A stretch of DNA of 64,000 nt from Candidatus Atabeyarchaeum deiterrae (lineage in GTDB: Archaea; Asgardarchaeota; Atabeyarchaeia; Atabeyarchaeales; Atabeyarchaeaceae), in contig CP147780.1 of assembly GCA_037310415.1 (NCBI GenBank), forward strand, positions 192,001-256,000, given 5' to 3'. The notes beneath the pieces were generated by a model. It ran no database searches, was not told the DNA's origin, and was given only the letters and a program-made list of their open reading frames with translations. This document shows positions 29,263 to 39,495 of this stretch, piece by piece. The position numbers and the translations under genes were made by a program. Within the stretch, counting starts at the first letter, position 1. Each line of letters starts with the position of its first letter.

Positions 29263-30228
29263 TTGAGACCTCCATGCGAACTAGTCGTCAAGCACTACCT
29301 ACCAGTGATACGCTCACTCATAGCGAGGGAGCTAATGAATACTCACAAGCTGAATCAGACGCAGATCGCTAAGCTTCTCGGGATAACCCAGCCAGCCGTG
29401 AGCAACTACCTTTCCTTGATCAGAGGCGAAGCCGACAAGACCTTCGATCGAAGGGAAGTCAGGGAAGTAGCACAAGAAATGGCTGGAGACTTGGTGAAAG
29501 GCAAGCTCTCGCTATCAGACTCAATCTACACGGTCTGCAAGCTATGCGTGAAGCTAAGGAGCGCTGGAGTCACTTGCAGCCTTCACAAGGAATCAGTGCC
29601 TGAACTGTCGGAAGAAGAATGCAAAGTGTGCTTGAGACTCTTCACCGAGGAGACCGAACCAGTTTCTGAAAGAATGAATGTAGTCAACAACATAAGGGCT
29701 GCCGTCTCAAAGCTAAGCGAGTCAAAGGAATTCTTATCGGTCATTCCTGAAGTCAGAACTAATCTGGTGATGGCAACAAAGAATGCCAAGTCAGAGATAG
29801 AAGTCGCCGGCATACCTGGTAGAATCCTATTAGCCAGAGAGAAGCTGAAAACCATAAGTGATCCTGAATTTGGAGCATCATTTCACCTTGCAAGGGTGAT
29901 CCTAGCCGCCATGGAAAGAAGGAAGGAGATACGTGGAGCCATCAATATAGCATTCAATAAGAAGATAGAACAAGCGATGCGCGACCTTAACATGGACGTT
30001 TACAGATTTGGCAGAGCAGACCTACCTTCTGAAACAGTTGAGAAAGACCCTATTGCATGGGCTGTCAAAAAAGCGACAAGCGAACTGGGCAAGACACCAG
30101 ATGCCCTAGTTGACGAAGGGGGTTACGGGGTTGAACCCGCCACATACATTTTCGGTTCATCAGCGCTAGATGTCGCGGAGACAGCCATAAACATCGCGAA
30201 AATCGTGACTCAGAAGAGACAAGAATAG
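29263..30228 (+). CDS. HTH-ThiN fusion (ThiR-like thiamine regulator)
   Basis: RPPCE..HTH (TQPAVSNYL), C-x2-C motifs, ThiN domain IPEVRTN..GIPGRI..FGASFHLAR..GGYGVEP. Confidence 0.85.
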   Translation: MRPPCELVVKHYLPVIRSLIARELMNTHKLNQTQIAKLLGITQPAVSNYLSLIRGEADKTFDRREVREVAQEMAGDLVKGKLSLSDSIYTVCKLCVKLRSAGVTCSLHKESVPELSEEECKVCLRLFTEETEPVSERMNVVNNIRAAVSKLSESKEFLSVIPEVRTNLVMATKNAKSEIEVAGIPGRILLAREKLKTISDPEFGASFHLARVILAAMERRKEIRGAINIAFNKKIEQAMRDLNMDVYRFGRADLPSETVEKDPIAWAVKKATSELGKTPDALVDEGGYGVEPATYIFGSSALDVAETAINIAKIVTQKRQE

Positions 30229-30319
30229 AAAGAGATCTCACAGCAAGTGTGACTCTTCTTATATCATCAATGTTAACATATGTTTCCTCGGATACAAGAA
30301 ACCAAAGAGGAGACCAGTT

Positions 30320-31321
30320 ATGGGCAAAGCGGCACTCTTACCGAAAGGGAAACTCAGAGGAGAAGAGCTCAAGAGAATTGTTCTTCAGCATCTTCCAATG
30401 CTTACTGAGTCAGCAACTCTAAACTTAGATTTCTCAAGGTTCTCAGCTGGAGGCAGAGATCTCATCGTATCATGCGATCCTATCATAGGTATTCCATCAG
30501 ACTACTATGGGTTCTCCGCTGTTCACGTACCAGGAGCAGATATAGCCGTTGCAGGAGTCAAGCCAAGATTCCTAGAACTGGGAGTATACTATCCACCTGA
30601 CTATCCTGCTGATTGGCTGGATCGGAACATGCGAGACTTAGGAGACGAAGCCAGAAGACTCGGGATCAAGATAGTTGGCGGACATACTGGTGGCTATGAT
30701 GGACTTTCTCTTCCACTAATATCATCAACCTGCATTGGCATCGTTGAGGATAGGTTATTGTCTCCCTCGCAGATAATGGCCGACGATAGACTATTGGTAT
30801 CTGGTCCCACAACACTCGAGTTGGCAGTATTCCTCTCATTTGTCGAATCCACAAAAATGGAGAAGCTTCTTGGAACCAAGAAAGTAGGCGAACTAAGAAA
30901 GGATATGAGAAAGATGACTGTCATCGAGCCAGCCCTTGCAGCAGCTGATGCTGGCGCTCGAGCAATGCATGACGTAGCCGAAGGAGGAACGTCACAGGCA
31001 TTAAAGGAGTTGTCAGAAGCCTCCAAGCTTGGCATCAAGTTGGACTACAGCAAGATACCGTGGAGCGCAGAAGGGCTTGCCGCTGCCGAAGCATATGGCG
31101 CCGATCCCCTTTCGACCTCATCTTTCGGAACCCTTCTAATAGCTGCTTCTAAAGAGAACGTTGACAGAATAATCAAAGCATTAAGTGAATATGGGAGACC
31201 TGTCAAGGAGGTGGGTCATTTCCTGGAAGGCAGCAGCATCACTGTGAAGAAGGGTGGAAAGGAATCTCGACTAGAGGTCAAAGAGGATATCTATGGGAAG
31301 TTTACGGCAAAACTCTCATGA
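30320..31321 (+). CDS. AIR-synthase (PurM/HypE/ThiL) superfamily protein
   Basis: SCDPI, IVGGHT and AMHDVAEGG motifs. Confidence 0.8.
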   Translation: MGKAALLPKGKLRGEELKRIVLQHLPMLTESATLNLDFSRFSAGGRDLIVSCDPIIGIPSDYYGFSAVHVPGADIAVAGVKPRFLELGVYYPPDYPADWLDRNMRDLGDEARRLGIKIVGGHTGGYDGLSLPLISSTCIGIVEDRLLSPSQIMADDRLLVSGPTTLELAVFLSFVESTKMEKLLGTKKVGELRKDMRKMTVIEPALAAADAGARAMHDVAEGGTSQALKELSEASKLGIKLDYSKIPWSAEGLAAAEAYGADPLSTSSFGTLLIAASKENVDRIIKALSEYGRPVKEVGHFLEGSSITVKKGGKESRLEVKEDIYGKFTAKLS

Positions 31322-31448
31322 TTGACATGCCCAATGAATACTGAGCGCTGAGCCTGCGAAGAGACCCTCCTCTTTTCCAAATCAGAACATTGCGAAAGGC
31401 ATAAATATATGCGACTTATATAACACCCAAATATCCCAGTCTTCGGCG

Positions 31449-32183
31449 GTGAAAAGTCTGATGAATAGAAGCACTAAGATTTCTTCGACTTCGGAAGGGG
31501 CAAGATCCAAGATAGTTGCACTGTCAGGAATCCTTTCAGCAGTCGTGGCTCTACTAACATTCTTGTTTGTTCCTGCAGCCATTCCTCTGGGAGGATTCGA
31601 TTCCTCTTCGATACTAATCCTTTCATTGCCAATTCTATTAGGACCAGAACTCGGAACAATAATAATATGCACGGGAGAATTCATTGGGACAGCATTTCTT
31701 CTGGCAGTGATGGGCGGACCATTATTCTTCCTTCCCGGGATAGTCGCAGTCAGGGGACCGGAGGCTTACTTTGTAGGCAAGATTGCTCGTGGCAAGTTCC
31801 TCGGCGGTTCTGGAGGCAAGGGAAGAGAGACGTTAGCCGCAATCATGGGTCCGATCTGGGAGACAGTTGGGTTTATCGCTGCAGATTACTACGTCTACTA
31901 CTTGATGTTTGGACTTCAAGTGGCGATCATTAATACCTTGATTGTCGCGTGGACGATTATTGACTTGATCTGGGTTGTGCCTTCCATAGCAGTCATATCA
32001 TCGGTAAGGAAATGGCTGAACGCAAACTACATGGACAAGCAGATGGGACTGGAAGGAGAAGTCGAGACAAAGAAGAAACTATTTAGAATTTCAGTAATAT
32101 TCATAATACTCACTTGGATATTGTTGTTCTTAGTGCCTTTCGTTTTTGCGTCTTGGGGTCCTCCGCCGCCCTCTAGCCCTTAG
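31449..32183 (+). CDS. Membrane protein, ECF S-component-like
   Basis: About 6-7 TMs; ALSGILSAVVALLT...LLGP..G pattern. Confidence 0.55.
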   Translation: MKSLMNRSTKISSTSEGARSKIVALSGILSAVVALLTFLFVPAAIPLGGFDSSSILILSLPILLGPELGTIIICTGEFIGTAFLLAVMGGPLFFLPGIVAVRGPEAYFVGKIARGKFLGGSGGKGRETLAAIMGPIWETVGFIAADYYVYYLMFGLQVAIINTLIVAWTIIDLIWVVPSIAVISSVRKWLNANYMDKQMGLEGEVETKKKLFRISVIFIILTWILLFLVPFVFASWGPPPPSSP

Positions 32184-32349
32184 TAGTAGTCGACTAACCG
32201 GCTAGCTTTTTAGTATTTATACTCCTTTTCCCAGAATAGCTATCTATCCGTATGCTTTGTAAGGACTCCATTGGCTAATGCGGGGACTTCATGAGATAGC
32301 CAGCTACCTTTAAGAGGCTGTGACTAGTAATGAAGGAGGAACAATCCGA

Positions 32350-33888
32350 ATGAGTGACGTGAGACTCACAACTCAAAAACTATCAATCAGAGATGTTGTC
32401 AGTGTTGCTCGTGGATTTGCCAAAGTGGAACTTTCCACCGAAGCCACAGAGAACGTCCAGAAAGCCCAGGCTACAGTTGAGAAAGCAGTTTCAGAAGGAA
32501 GAATTGTCTATGGCGTTACCACTGGATTCGGAGCTCTGAGCGACAAGATCATTTCCAAGAAAGATGTGGAGAAACTACAGAGAAATCTCCTGCGCAGTCA
32601 CGCTGCCGGTGTTGGCGAACCACTCGACACAGAGACAACTAGAGCGCTCATGATTCTCCGCGCCAATACGTTGGCAAGGGGCTACTCCGGCATTTCTTGT
32701 GATACTCTTCAACTTCTTATCAGAATGCTGAACGCGCATATTCATCCAGTAGTTCCCGGAAAAGGTTCTGTTGGCGCAAGCGGTGATCTCGCTCCGCTAG
32801 CACATATGGCGCTTGCCATGATTGGCGAGGGAAAAGTTGAGTACAAAGGTAGAATCATGCAATCTAATTGTGCTTTGAAGAAAGCTAGTTTAGATACTGC
32901 CGCGCTCGGTCCTAAGGAAGGCTTAGCACTGATCAATGGATCGCAATTGATCACTGCGATAGGAGCGCTTACTGTCCATGATTCTGAGAATCTGCTAAAG
33001 ACCTCTCAGGTAGCGACAGCGATGTCGTTGGAAGCGATGAACGGAAGAGTTGAACCTTTCGATAAGAGGATCCATATGGTCAGGCCTCATGCCGGGCAGA
33101 TCGCTGTCGCGGAAAACATCTTGAAAATAGTTGAAGGTAGCTTAATACTCCATGAACCCAGCAACAAGAGAGTTCAAGATGCTTATTCATTGAGATGTTC
33201 GCCTCAGGTTATTGGCGCATCCAAAGATGCCATAGAATATGTTCGGCGGGTTGTCGAAGTTGAGATCAACTCTGCAACAGATAACCCGTTGGTCTTTGCA
33301 GAAGATGGTGAGATATTATCTGGTGGCAACTTCCATGGCCAACCCTTGGCAATCGCAATGGACCTTCTAGCTATTTCACTCTGTAACATTGGTAACATAT
33401 GCGAGCGGAGAATCGCCAGGCTAACCGACGAAAAACTAAGTGGAGGATTGCCTCCATTCTTGCTGAAGAAGAGCAGTGAGGAGGGAGTAAGTAGCGGATT
33501 CATGATAGCTCAGTGCACAGCTGCATCCCTCGCTGCCGAAAACAGGTGTTTATCCAATCCTTCGAGCGTAAACTCGATTCCGACTAGCGCCAACCAAGAG
33601 GATCATGTAAGTATGGGGGTCACAGCTGCAAGAAAAGCGAAGGAGATTCTGAAGAACACTGAACACGTCGTTGCTATTGAACTACTATGTGCAGCACAAG
33701 GACTTGAGTTTAGAGGCGTGAATAATGCCGGGATAGGAACACTAGAGGCATATCGACTGATTAGAAAAGTCGCGCCAAGCTTGGAAGAGGATACTGAATT
33801 GTCTCCACTAATAGAAGCCGTGGCTAGCTTGGTTCACAAGGCGGAACTTGTAGACGCCATTGAGAAAAAAGTAGGCAAGTTCAACTAA
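32350..33888 (+). CDS. hutH: Histidine ammonia-lyase
   Basis: YGVTTGFG, MIO-forming GASGDLAPL, QDAYSLRC, GGNFHG and NQEDHVSMG motifs. Confidence 0.96.
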   Translation: MSDVRLTTQKLSIRDVVSVARGFAKVELSTEATENVQKAQATVEKAVSEGRIVYGVTTGFGALSDKIISKKDVEKLQRNLLRSHAAGVGEPLDTETTRALMILRANTLARGYSGISCDTLQLLIRMLNAHIHPVVPGKGSVGASGDLAPLAHMALAMIGEGKVEYKGRIMQSNCALKKASLDTAALGPKEGLALINGSQLITAIGALTVHDSENLLKTSQVATAMSLEAMNGRVEPFDKRIHMVRPHAGQIAVAENILKIVEGSLILHEPSNKRVQDAYSLRCSPQVIGASKDAIEYVRRVVEVEINSATDNPLVFAEDGEILSGGNFHGQPLAIAMDLLAISLCNIGNICERRIARLTDEKLSGGLPPFLLKKSSEEGVSSGFMIAQCTAASLAAENRCLSNPSSVNSIPTSANQEDHVSMGVTAARKAKEILKNTEHVVAIELLCAAQGLEFRGVNNAGIGTLEAYRLIRKVAPSLEEDTELSPLIEAVASLVHKAELVDAIEKKVGKFN

Positions 33889-33919
33889 CAGATCCTGCCT
33901 GTTTCATCCGAAAGAATAC

Positions 33920-35215
33920 TTATTCCACGATTCTCCCCTTTTCTGCCACCAACCTTCCTTTCTTGAAGACTTTTTCCGCCAAGTTAATGCCGTAGTGGTA
34001 CGGGAAATACCTGTGGTTGGGAGCGTCAAAAATGACTATATCCGCCATTTTTCCTTCTTCCAAAGTCCCCACCTCATGAGCTCGTTCTATTGAGTGAGCG
34101 GCATTGATTGTTGATGCCACAAGGGCCTCTTCTGTGGTCATTTTCATCTGCAGAACTGCAATGGTCATCATCATTTGCATCGATTCGCACATATCTGCTG
34201 CGCTTAGGTCAGTTCCCAATGCGACGGGCAATCCTGCGTTCATGATTTCTCTCGCCCTTGCATATGTGCCCAAATAGCAGAATGGAGTGGTCGGCAAGAA
34301 AGTGCCAATTATGCCCTTTTTTCTAAGGACTTCGATTTCCTCTGGGGGTGTAAAGATTAGATGGTCAGCTGAGATAACTCCCAACTCTGCCCCTAGTTTT
34401 GCTCCCCCGCTGTGGATAAGCCAGTCGGCATGAATTCTCAGCTTCATGCCATATTTCTTGCCAGTCTCAAGTATCCGCCTCGACTGTTCCACGTTGAAGT
34501 ATCCTTTCTCGCAGAAAACATCACAGTATTCGGCAAGTTTTCTCTTCGCGACTTCTGGGATCCATTTTCTGGCTATTTCATCTGTTAGCTGATCAACTTT
34601 GCCTTCGTACTCGAATGGAATTCCTTGGGCCATAAAAGTGGGGACAATGTCGATTGGATGCGCCTTATTGAGGGTCTTGATCATTTCCATCTGTCTGATT
34701 TCGCCTTGAAATGTCATTTCGTATCCGCTTTTCGCTTCTATCGTTGTCGTGCCGTGAATCAGCATCGTGTCAAGTATATGCGTAGTTCGTCTCAGCAGTT
34801 CCTCGGTGGAGGCCGCTCCTGTCTTCCTGAGAGTTGTTGGCATACCTCCTCCTTTGGCTTTGATTTCTAGGTACGGAATGCCTTTCACAGCCATTGCCTC
34901 AAGTTCTTCTTCTCTTGAGCCGGCGAAAACTAGGTGAACATGCGGGTCGATCAGCCCAGGTGTGACGAGTTTGCCGCTTGCATCTATGACTTCATATCCT
35001 TTCTCAAGTTTGTCTAAAACTTCCTTCGTAGTCCCAACAGCCATTATTTTTCCATCTTTGACTGCGACTGCTCCGTCTCTTATAATGCCAAGGTCGTTCA
35101 TTTCTTCTTTGATTTGGGGTCTGTCACTTTTCCCCTTCAGAGTGGTCAACTCATTTGCGTTGATTATTGTGAAATCAGCTTTCATTGCTTTGTCTTTCCC
35201 CTTTCTTGTTGACAA
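33920..35215 (-). CDS. hutI: Imidazolonepropionase
   Basis: PGLIDPHVHLVFAGSR..E, GTTTIEAKSGY, DVFCEKG and SADHL motifs. Confidence 0.92.
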   Translation of the reverse strand: MSTRKGKDKAMKADFTIINANELTTLKGKSDRPQIKEEMNDLGIIRDGAVAVKDGKIMAVGTTKEVLDKLEKGYEVIDASGKLVTPGLIDPHVHLVFAGSREEELEAMAVKGIPYLEIKAKGGGMPTTLRKTGAASTEELLRRTTHILDTMLIHGTTTIEAKSGYEMTFQGEIRQMEMIKTLNKAHPIDIVPTFMAQGIPFEYEGKVDQLTDEIARKWIPEVAKRKLAEYCDVFCEKGYFNVEQSRRILETGKKYGMKLRIHADWLIHSGGAKLGAELGVISADHLIFTPPEEIEVLRKKGIIGTFLPTTPFCYLGTYARAREIMNAGLPVALGTDLSAADMCESMQMMMTIAVLQMKMTTEEALVASTINAAHSIERAHEVGTLEEGKMADIVIFDAPNHRYFPYHYGINLAEKVFKKGRLVAEKGRIVE

Positions 35216-36544
35216 CTAGACGTCTAGATACTTCTTTCTCTCCCACTCATGCACGGTGAAGCTGAATTCTTTCCACTCTTTGGTCTTGAGTTGCAGGAAT
35301 TTCTCGCTGAATGCCTCACCTAAGGCATCCTGCAGGTACTTGTCTTCAGAGAACTCACTTAACGCCTCCCCTAGATTTCCCGGAAGTACCTCTATACCTC
35401 TCTCAGTCCTTTGTTTTTCACTCATCTCATAGATGTCTTCCTCTACGGGCTCCGGAAGCGCGATTTTTCTTTTGATGCCATCCAATCCAGCGGCCAGAAT
35501 GCCAGCAAATGCAGTGTAGAAATTGCATGATCCATCCGTGGGTCTGTACTCCACCCTAGTTCTCATTTCTTTTCCAGGTGGGACCCTGATAAGAACTGAC
35601 CGATTATACTTTGCCCATGAAAGATATACTGGGGCTTCCCAGCCTGGTACGAGCCTCTTGTACGAGTTAACTGACGAGCTAGTCAGCGCTACCAGAGCCT
35701 TTGCATGACTCAAAATACCTGCTATGAAGTCCAAGGCTGTCTTGCTTAGACCATAGCTTCCTTTCGGGTCATAGAATAGGTTCTCAGACTTTTCGTCATC
35801 TGTGAGGCTAACATGAGTGTGGAGTCCACATCCATATCCATCATGGAAGGGTTTCGGCATGAAAGAAGCGACAAGACCCTTTCTGGCCGCAGTCATTTTC
35901 ACAACAAACTTAACCAAATAATTGATGTCAGCCATTCTCAATGCATCAGTGTAGACCAAGTTCAGCTCGTACTTTCCAGGAGGCACTTCGTGGTGATGTT
36001 TTTCAACCGTGATACCGCTGTTCCTAAGATTTTCAGTAATTTCAAGTCTTACATCAATGCCGAGGTCTGCTGGGGGACTGGCTAGAAATCCCCCTTCGTC
36101 ATATCGTTTGATGCTGCCGTCCTCGCCTTTCTTGAATAGGAAGTATTCTATCTCGCTGCACGCGTTATACTTGACAGTGCTCCCTAAGCTTTCCTTAGAA
36201 TCTTCCATAACTTTCTTAAGAACAAACCTCGGGTCAACCTCAAAAGGCCTATCTGATTCTGGCTCGTAAATGTCACATATTACTCTTGCCATTTTCTGAG
36301 CGAAGAGATTTGGCGGCAATATGACAAATGTGTCTACAACTGGCATCAGCTTCAAGTCGCTTTCGCTTATGTCCACCATATCGACAGATGAGCCGTCCAT
36401 GTGTATACCCTCTTCAGCCACCTTCGGAAAAAGGTCAGAAGGCACCCAAAGAGAGTGCAGGATACCAGATATGTCCGTAAACTGTAACGCAATCTCTTTC
36501 ACGTTCTCCTTCTTGACAATCTTTGCAATTTCTGATTCGCTCAT
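35216..36544 (-). CDS. glnA: Glutamine synthetase type I
   Basis: DGSS..ESD, HHEV..KYE, FMPKP..HTHVS, NSYKRLVPGWEAP, NRS..IRVP and EYR motifs. Confidence 0.88.
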   Translation of the reverse strand: MSESEIAKIVKKENVKEIALQFTDISGILHSLWVPSDLFPKVAEEGIHMDGSSVDMVDISESDLKLMPVVDTFVILPPNLFAQKMARVICDIYEPESDRPFEVDPRFVLKKVMEDSKESLGSTVKYNACSEIEYFLFKKGEDGSIKRYDEGGFLASPPADLGIDVRLEITENLRNSGITVEKHHHEVPPGKYELNLVYTDALRMADINYLVKFVVKMTAARKGLVASFMPKPFHDGYGCGLHTHVSLTDDEKSENLFYDPKGSYGLSKTALDFIAGILSHAKALVALTSSSVNSYKRLVPGWEAPVYLSWAKYNRSVLIRVPPGKEMRTRVEYRPTDGSCNFYTAFAGILAAGLDGIKRKIALPEPVEEDIYEMSEKQRTERGIEVLPGNLGEALSEFSEDKYLQDALGEAFSEKFLQLKTKEWKEFSFTVHEWERKKYLDV

Positions 36545-36693
36545 TCTAGTCCCTCTGAGAACATCGCCTCTCCTTCATCTTATATTACTTTCTTAGACGC
36601 GCGCAAATATCTAAGAGTAAGTTGTATAAATGCTTGGCAACGAGACTCATATTTAGTGAGAACTGATGATTCCGAGGATTGTGAGATTTCAAG

Positions 36694-37608
36694 ATGGAGT
36701 TTAAGGTTAATGGGGTACCGGTTGACGATACTTTCTGCGAGACCTTTACAGTACGCGTTGCTAGGATACTTGTGACGTCTGTCAATAGGAAGTGGGCCTT
36801 AGAATCAGCATTGGAAGCCAAAGGTCTTGGGAGATCGGCTACTATTCCACCTTGCGAAGCATCTATAGAGGCTGAGGCTAGAACTGAAGAGACTCCTGAC
36901 GGTAGACCAGGTTTCATAATTCAATTCATCGACAGGAAGATCGAGCAACTAAAAGAATGGTTCATAGTTCGAGTGAGAAAGGGTGTAGTGCCATACCCTA
37001 AGACCAACGTGTTTGATGCTCTGCCAGGGGAGACAGCCGAGGAGTTCTTGGATATCAGAGGCACAATCATACAGACCTTCGGAGATGGATTTGAAGAGGA
37101 AGTCGAAGCTTTTGGAAAACAGGTTTACAGAATACCAAGGATGGACGGGTATTTTCATATTCAGAATAGATTCGGAATTGCGAAAGGCGTGGCTGGCGGC
37201 ATGTTCATGATTCTTGCAGAGACGGATGAAGCAGCACTGAAAGCCGCCGAGCGAGCAACTGAAGGCGTGAAATCCATTCCATATGTTGTCGGTAAGTTTG
37301 CTGCCTCTGGAACCAAGGTTGGAGGAAAGAAGTACAAGGATGCTGTCGCTACCACCAACGACGCATACTGCCCGAGCCTAGCGGGAAGCGAAGGTAGCAT
37401 GATTTCTAAGGACGTGAAATGTGTATACGAAGTCATAGTAAGTGGATTGATGCTAGAGAATGTGACCAGGGCAATGAAAGTTGGCATACAAAACGCCACA
37501 AAGATACGAGGAGTGCTAAGAATAACCGCGTCCAACTACGGTGGAACACTCGGAAAAGGAAAAATCTTGCTTCGCGACCTATTCAACTCTGAGAATCAAG
37601 GGGCTTAA
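36694..37608 (+). CDS. Formylmethanofuran:H4MPT formyltransferase (Ftr) family protein, divergent
   Basis: NGVPVDDTFCE.F, ETPDGRPG, FGDGFE, GVAGG, SGTKVG, ATTN..YCP and ITASNYGG.LG motifs. Confidence 0.85.
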   Translation: MEFKVNGVPVDDTFCETFTVRVARILVTSVNRKWALESALEAKGLGRSATIPPCEASIEAEARTEETPDGRPGFIIQFIDRKIEQLKEWFIVRVRKGVVPYPKTNVFDALPGETAEEFLDIRGTIIQTFGDGFEEEVEAFGKQVYRIPRMDGYFHIQNRFGIAKGVAGGMFMILAETDEAALKAAERATEGVKSIPYVVGKFAASGTKVGGKKYKDAVATTNDAYCPSLAGSEGSMISKDVKCVYEVIVSGLMLENVTRAMKVGIQNATKIRGVLRITASNYGGTLGKGKILLRDLFNSENQGA

Positions 37609-37769
37609 AGCAGGTTGCTATTGAAGCTCTTTCGCCTCCCTTCAGAAAAACAAATGAAAAACGGTGGAAGAACAGTGCACCACATGGTGGCTTTAAATAC
37701 GAACATTGGAATAGACTTGCAGTCTTAAACAAACGAAGAGAAAAAGCAACCTGAAGGTGAAGGCATCAT

Positions 37770-38039
37770 TTGAGTGAAACCATATCGTGTGAAGAAAATC
37801 AAAAGAAAATGTCCAATGAGCAATCCTTATTGATGCATGTTGATCCCCTTAACGCCGAAGACCGGATGAGAGCCGCTAGAGAGGTATTCACTTCTGTCAC
37901 ATGTGATTGCCCTTTTTTTGATCAGAAGCTCAGATCAAAATGTGTGGTTGACCCACATGTGATATTCATACCTGAATGCACTGGCAAAAGCTTTTCCAAC
38001 GGAATCTGCTGCCCAAAGATACTCCAGTCGTCTACCTGA
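37770..38039 (+). CDS. Small Cys-rich hypothetical protein
   Basis: AGGTGA RBS; CDCPFF..C..C..CC pattern. Confidence 0.5.
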   Translation: MSETISCEENQKKMSNEQSLLMHVDPLNAEDRMRAAREVFTSVTCDCPFFDQKLRSKCVVDPHVIFIPECTGKSFSNGICCPKILQSST

Positions 38040-38347
38040 AGGCGACACTGGAGCGGGTAATACGGAACTCGTCGACGCATCCTCGCTGGTGAATTGCTGT
38101 AGTTTTCCGACTGCCGAGTTTTGGCACCTCTTTCTTTTGCTCACTCACTACAATGCTCTGCAAGAACACAGAGATCCATTCTCTTATTTTTTGATGTAAG
38201 GCTGAGAGCCACGCACTAATGCATTGCGTAGTTCACTATTGCTATTCTCGATTCGGGCGCATTCAAGGAAAACCTAAAATGTGTCGTACATCCACTGTCA
38301 ATATGGCTTCCCGATTGAATTCAAGTTCTTACGGAGAGGTAGGTAAC

Positions 38348-39490
38348 TTGCCAGCACCCCGCCCCCCTGTTTCGCATGCTCTGCTTGACGATTTGAACTA
38401 TATAGCCAAGGTCGACACTTCCAAGATGCGCAATATAATGCTTTGCTACCCTGAATCTTGCCTCGAGGCATTTGAGTTGGCAGACGACTTGGATCTTCCC
38501 GAAATAATCTCTCCAATGCCTAAGAACATAGTATTCCTAGGCATGGGAGGTTCATCCATTGGAGGAAGTTTGATCAAAGCTTGGGCTACTGAACACTCCA
38601 AGATCCCAATTGTGTTAAGCCAAGATTATCATTTGCCCAGTTTTGTCGACAGGTATTCATTTGTTGTTGCAGTGAGCTACTCTGGAGACACGGAAGAAAC
38701 CTTGTCTGCCTTCGTTGAAGCCGTAGAGAGAGGATCTACAGTCGTATCTGTTGCTTCCGGGGGAAAGTTGGCGGAGTTCTCTGATGAGCTAAAGATCCCA
38801 TGTGTGAGGCTTCCGCCAGGGTTGCCCCCGAGAGGCGCTCTACCATATCTCTTCATGCCACTTTTGTCGCTCATCAGTAGAGCCGGAATAAACGTAGACC
38901 CTGAAGAAAGAGATGAGATGATAGAAGTAGGTAGAACACTAAGGAACGAATTGAGACCTGAGAGCAAGTTTAGTAACAACAGGGCGAAACAGATTGCCTT
39001 CGGGCTACATGGTTTTATTCCAGTGATCTACGGCTGGGGAAGATACGTTCCCGTAGCTCAGAGAATGAAAACTCAGTTGAACGAGAACTCAAAGATGCTC
39101 GCATTCTGGTCGACCTTACCAGAAGCAGATCACAACGATGTTGTAGGCTGGGAAGGAGATAAAGAGAACTCAAAGAAGTTCTGTGCACTAGTGATAAGAG
39201 ATTCTCAGGAACCCGAAGAAATCTGGAATAGGATAGAATCCACTAAGAGAATAGTTCTGGAAAGCAACCTTGGCAAGGTTATTGAAATAAGAGCGATTGG
39301 AGAGACACCGTTAGCAAGAATGTTCTCCGTAATATCCATGGGCGACTTAGTAAGTCTGTATGCGGCAATATTGAGAGGAGTTGACCCTACGCCAGTAAAA
39401 GTGATCGAGAGACTAAAAATCGACATGACTGGCAATCTTGGTGTAACTAGCCTTTTGGAGAAAAAAGTGAAGAACATGAAGTTCGGGTAG
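38348..39490 (+). CDS. Bifunctional phosphoglucose/phosphomannose isomerase
   Basis: GMGGSSIGG, SYSGDTEET, PPRGA, QLNENSK and PEADHN motifs. Confidence 0.92.
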   Translation: MPAPRPPVSHALLDDLNYIAKVDTSKMRNIMLCYPESCLEAFELADDLDLPEIISPMPKNIVFLGMGGSSIGGSLIKAWATEHSKIPIVLSQDYHLPSFVDRYSFVVAVSYSGDTEETLSAFVEAVERGSTVVSVASGGKLAEFSDELKIPCVRLPPGLPPRGALPYLFMPLLSLISRAGINVDPEERDEMIEVGRTLRNELRPESKFSNNRAKQIAFGLHGFIPVIYGWGRYVPVAQRMKTQLNENSKMLAFWSTLPEADHNDVVGWEGDKENSKKFCALVIRDSQEPEEIWNRIESTKRIVLESNLGKVIEIRAIGETPLARMFSVISMGDLVSLYAAILRGVDPTPVKVIERLKIDMTGNLGVTSLLEKKVKNMKFG

Positions 39491-39495
39491 CCAAG

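Noticed and set aside
37770-38060. Sec readthrough of the TGA ending the Cys-rich ORF
   Set aside because: Only six codons follow before TAA, there is no redox-motif context, and no SECIS-like hairpin was recognised.
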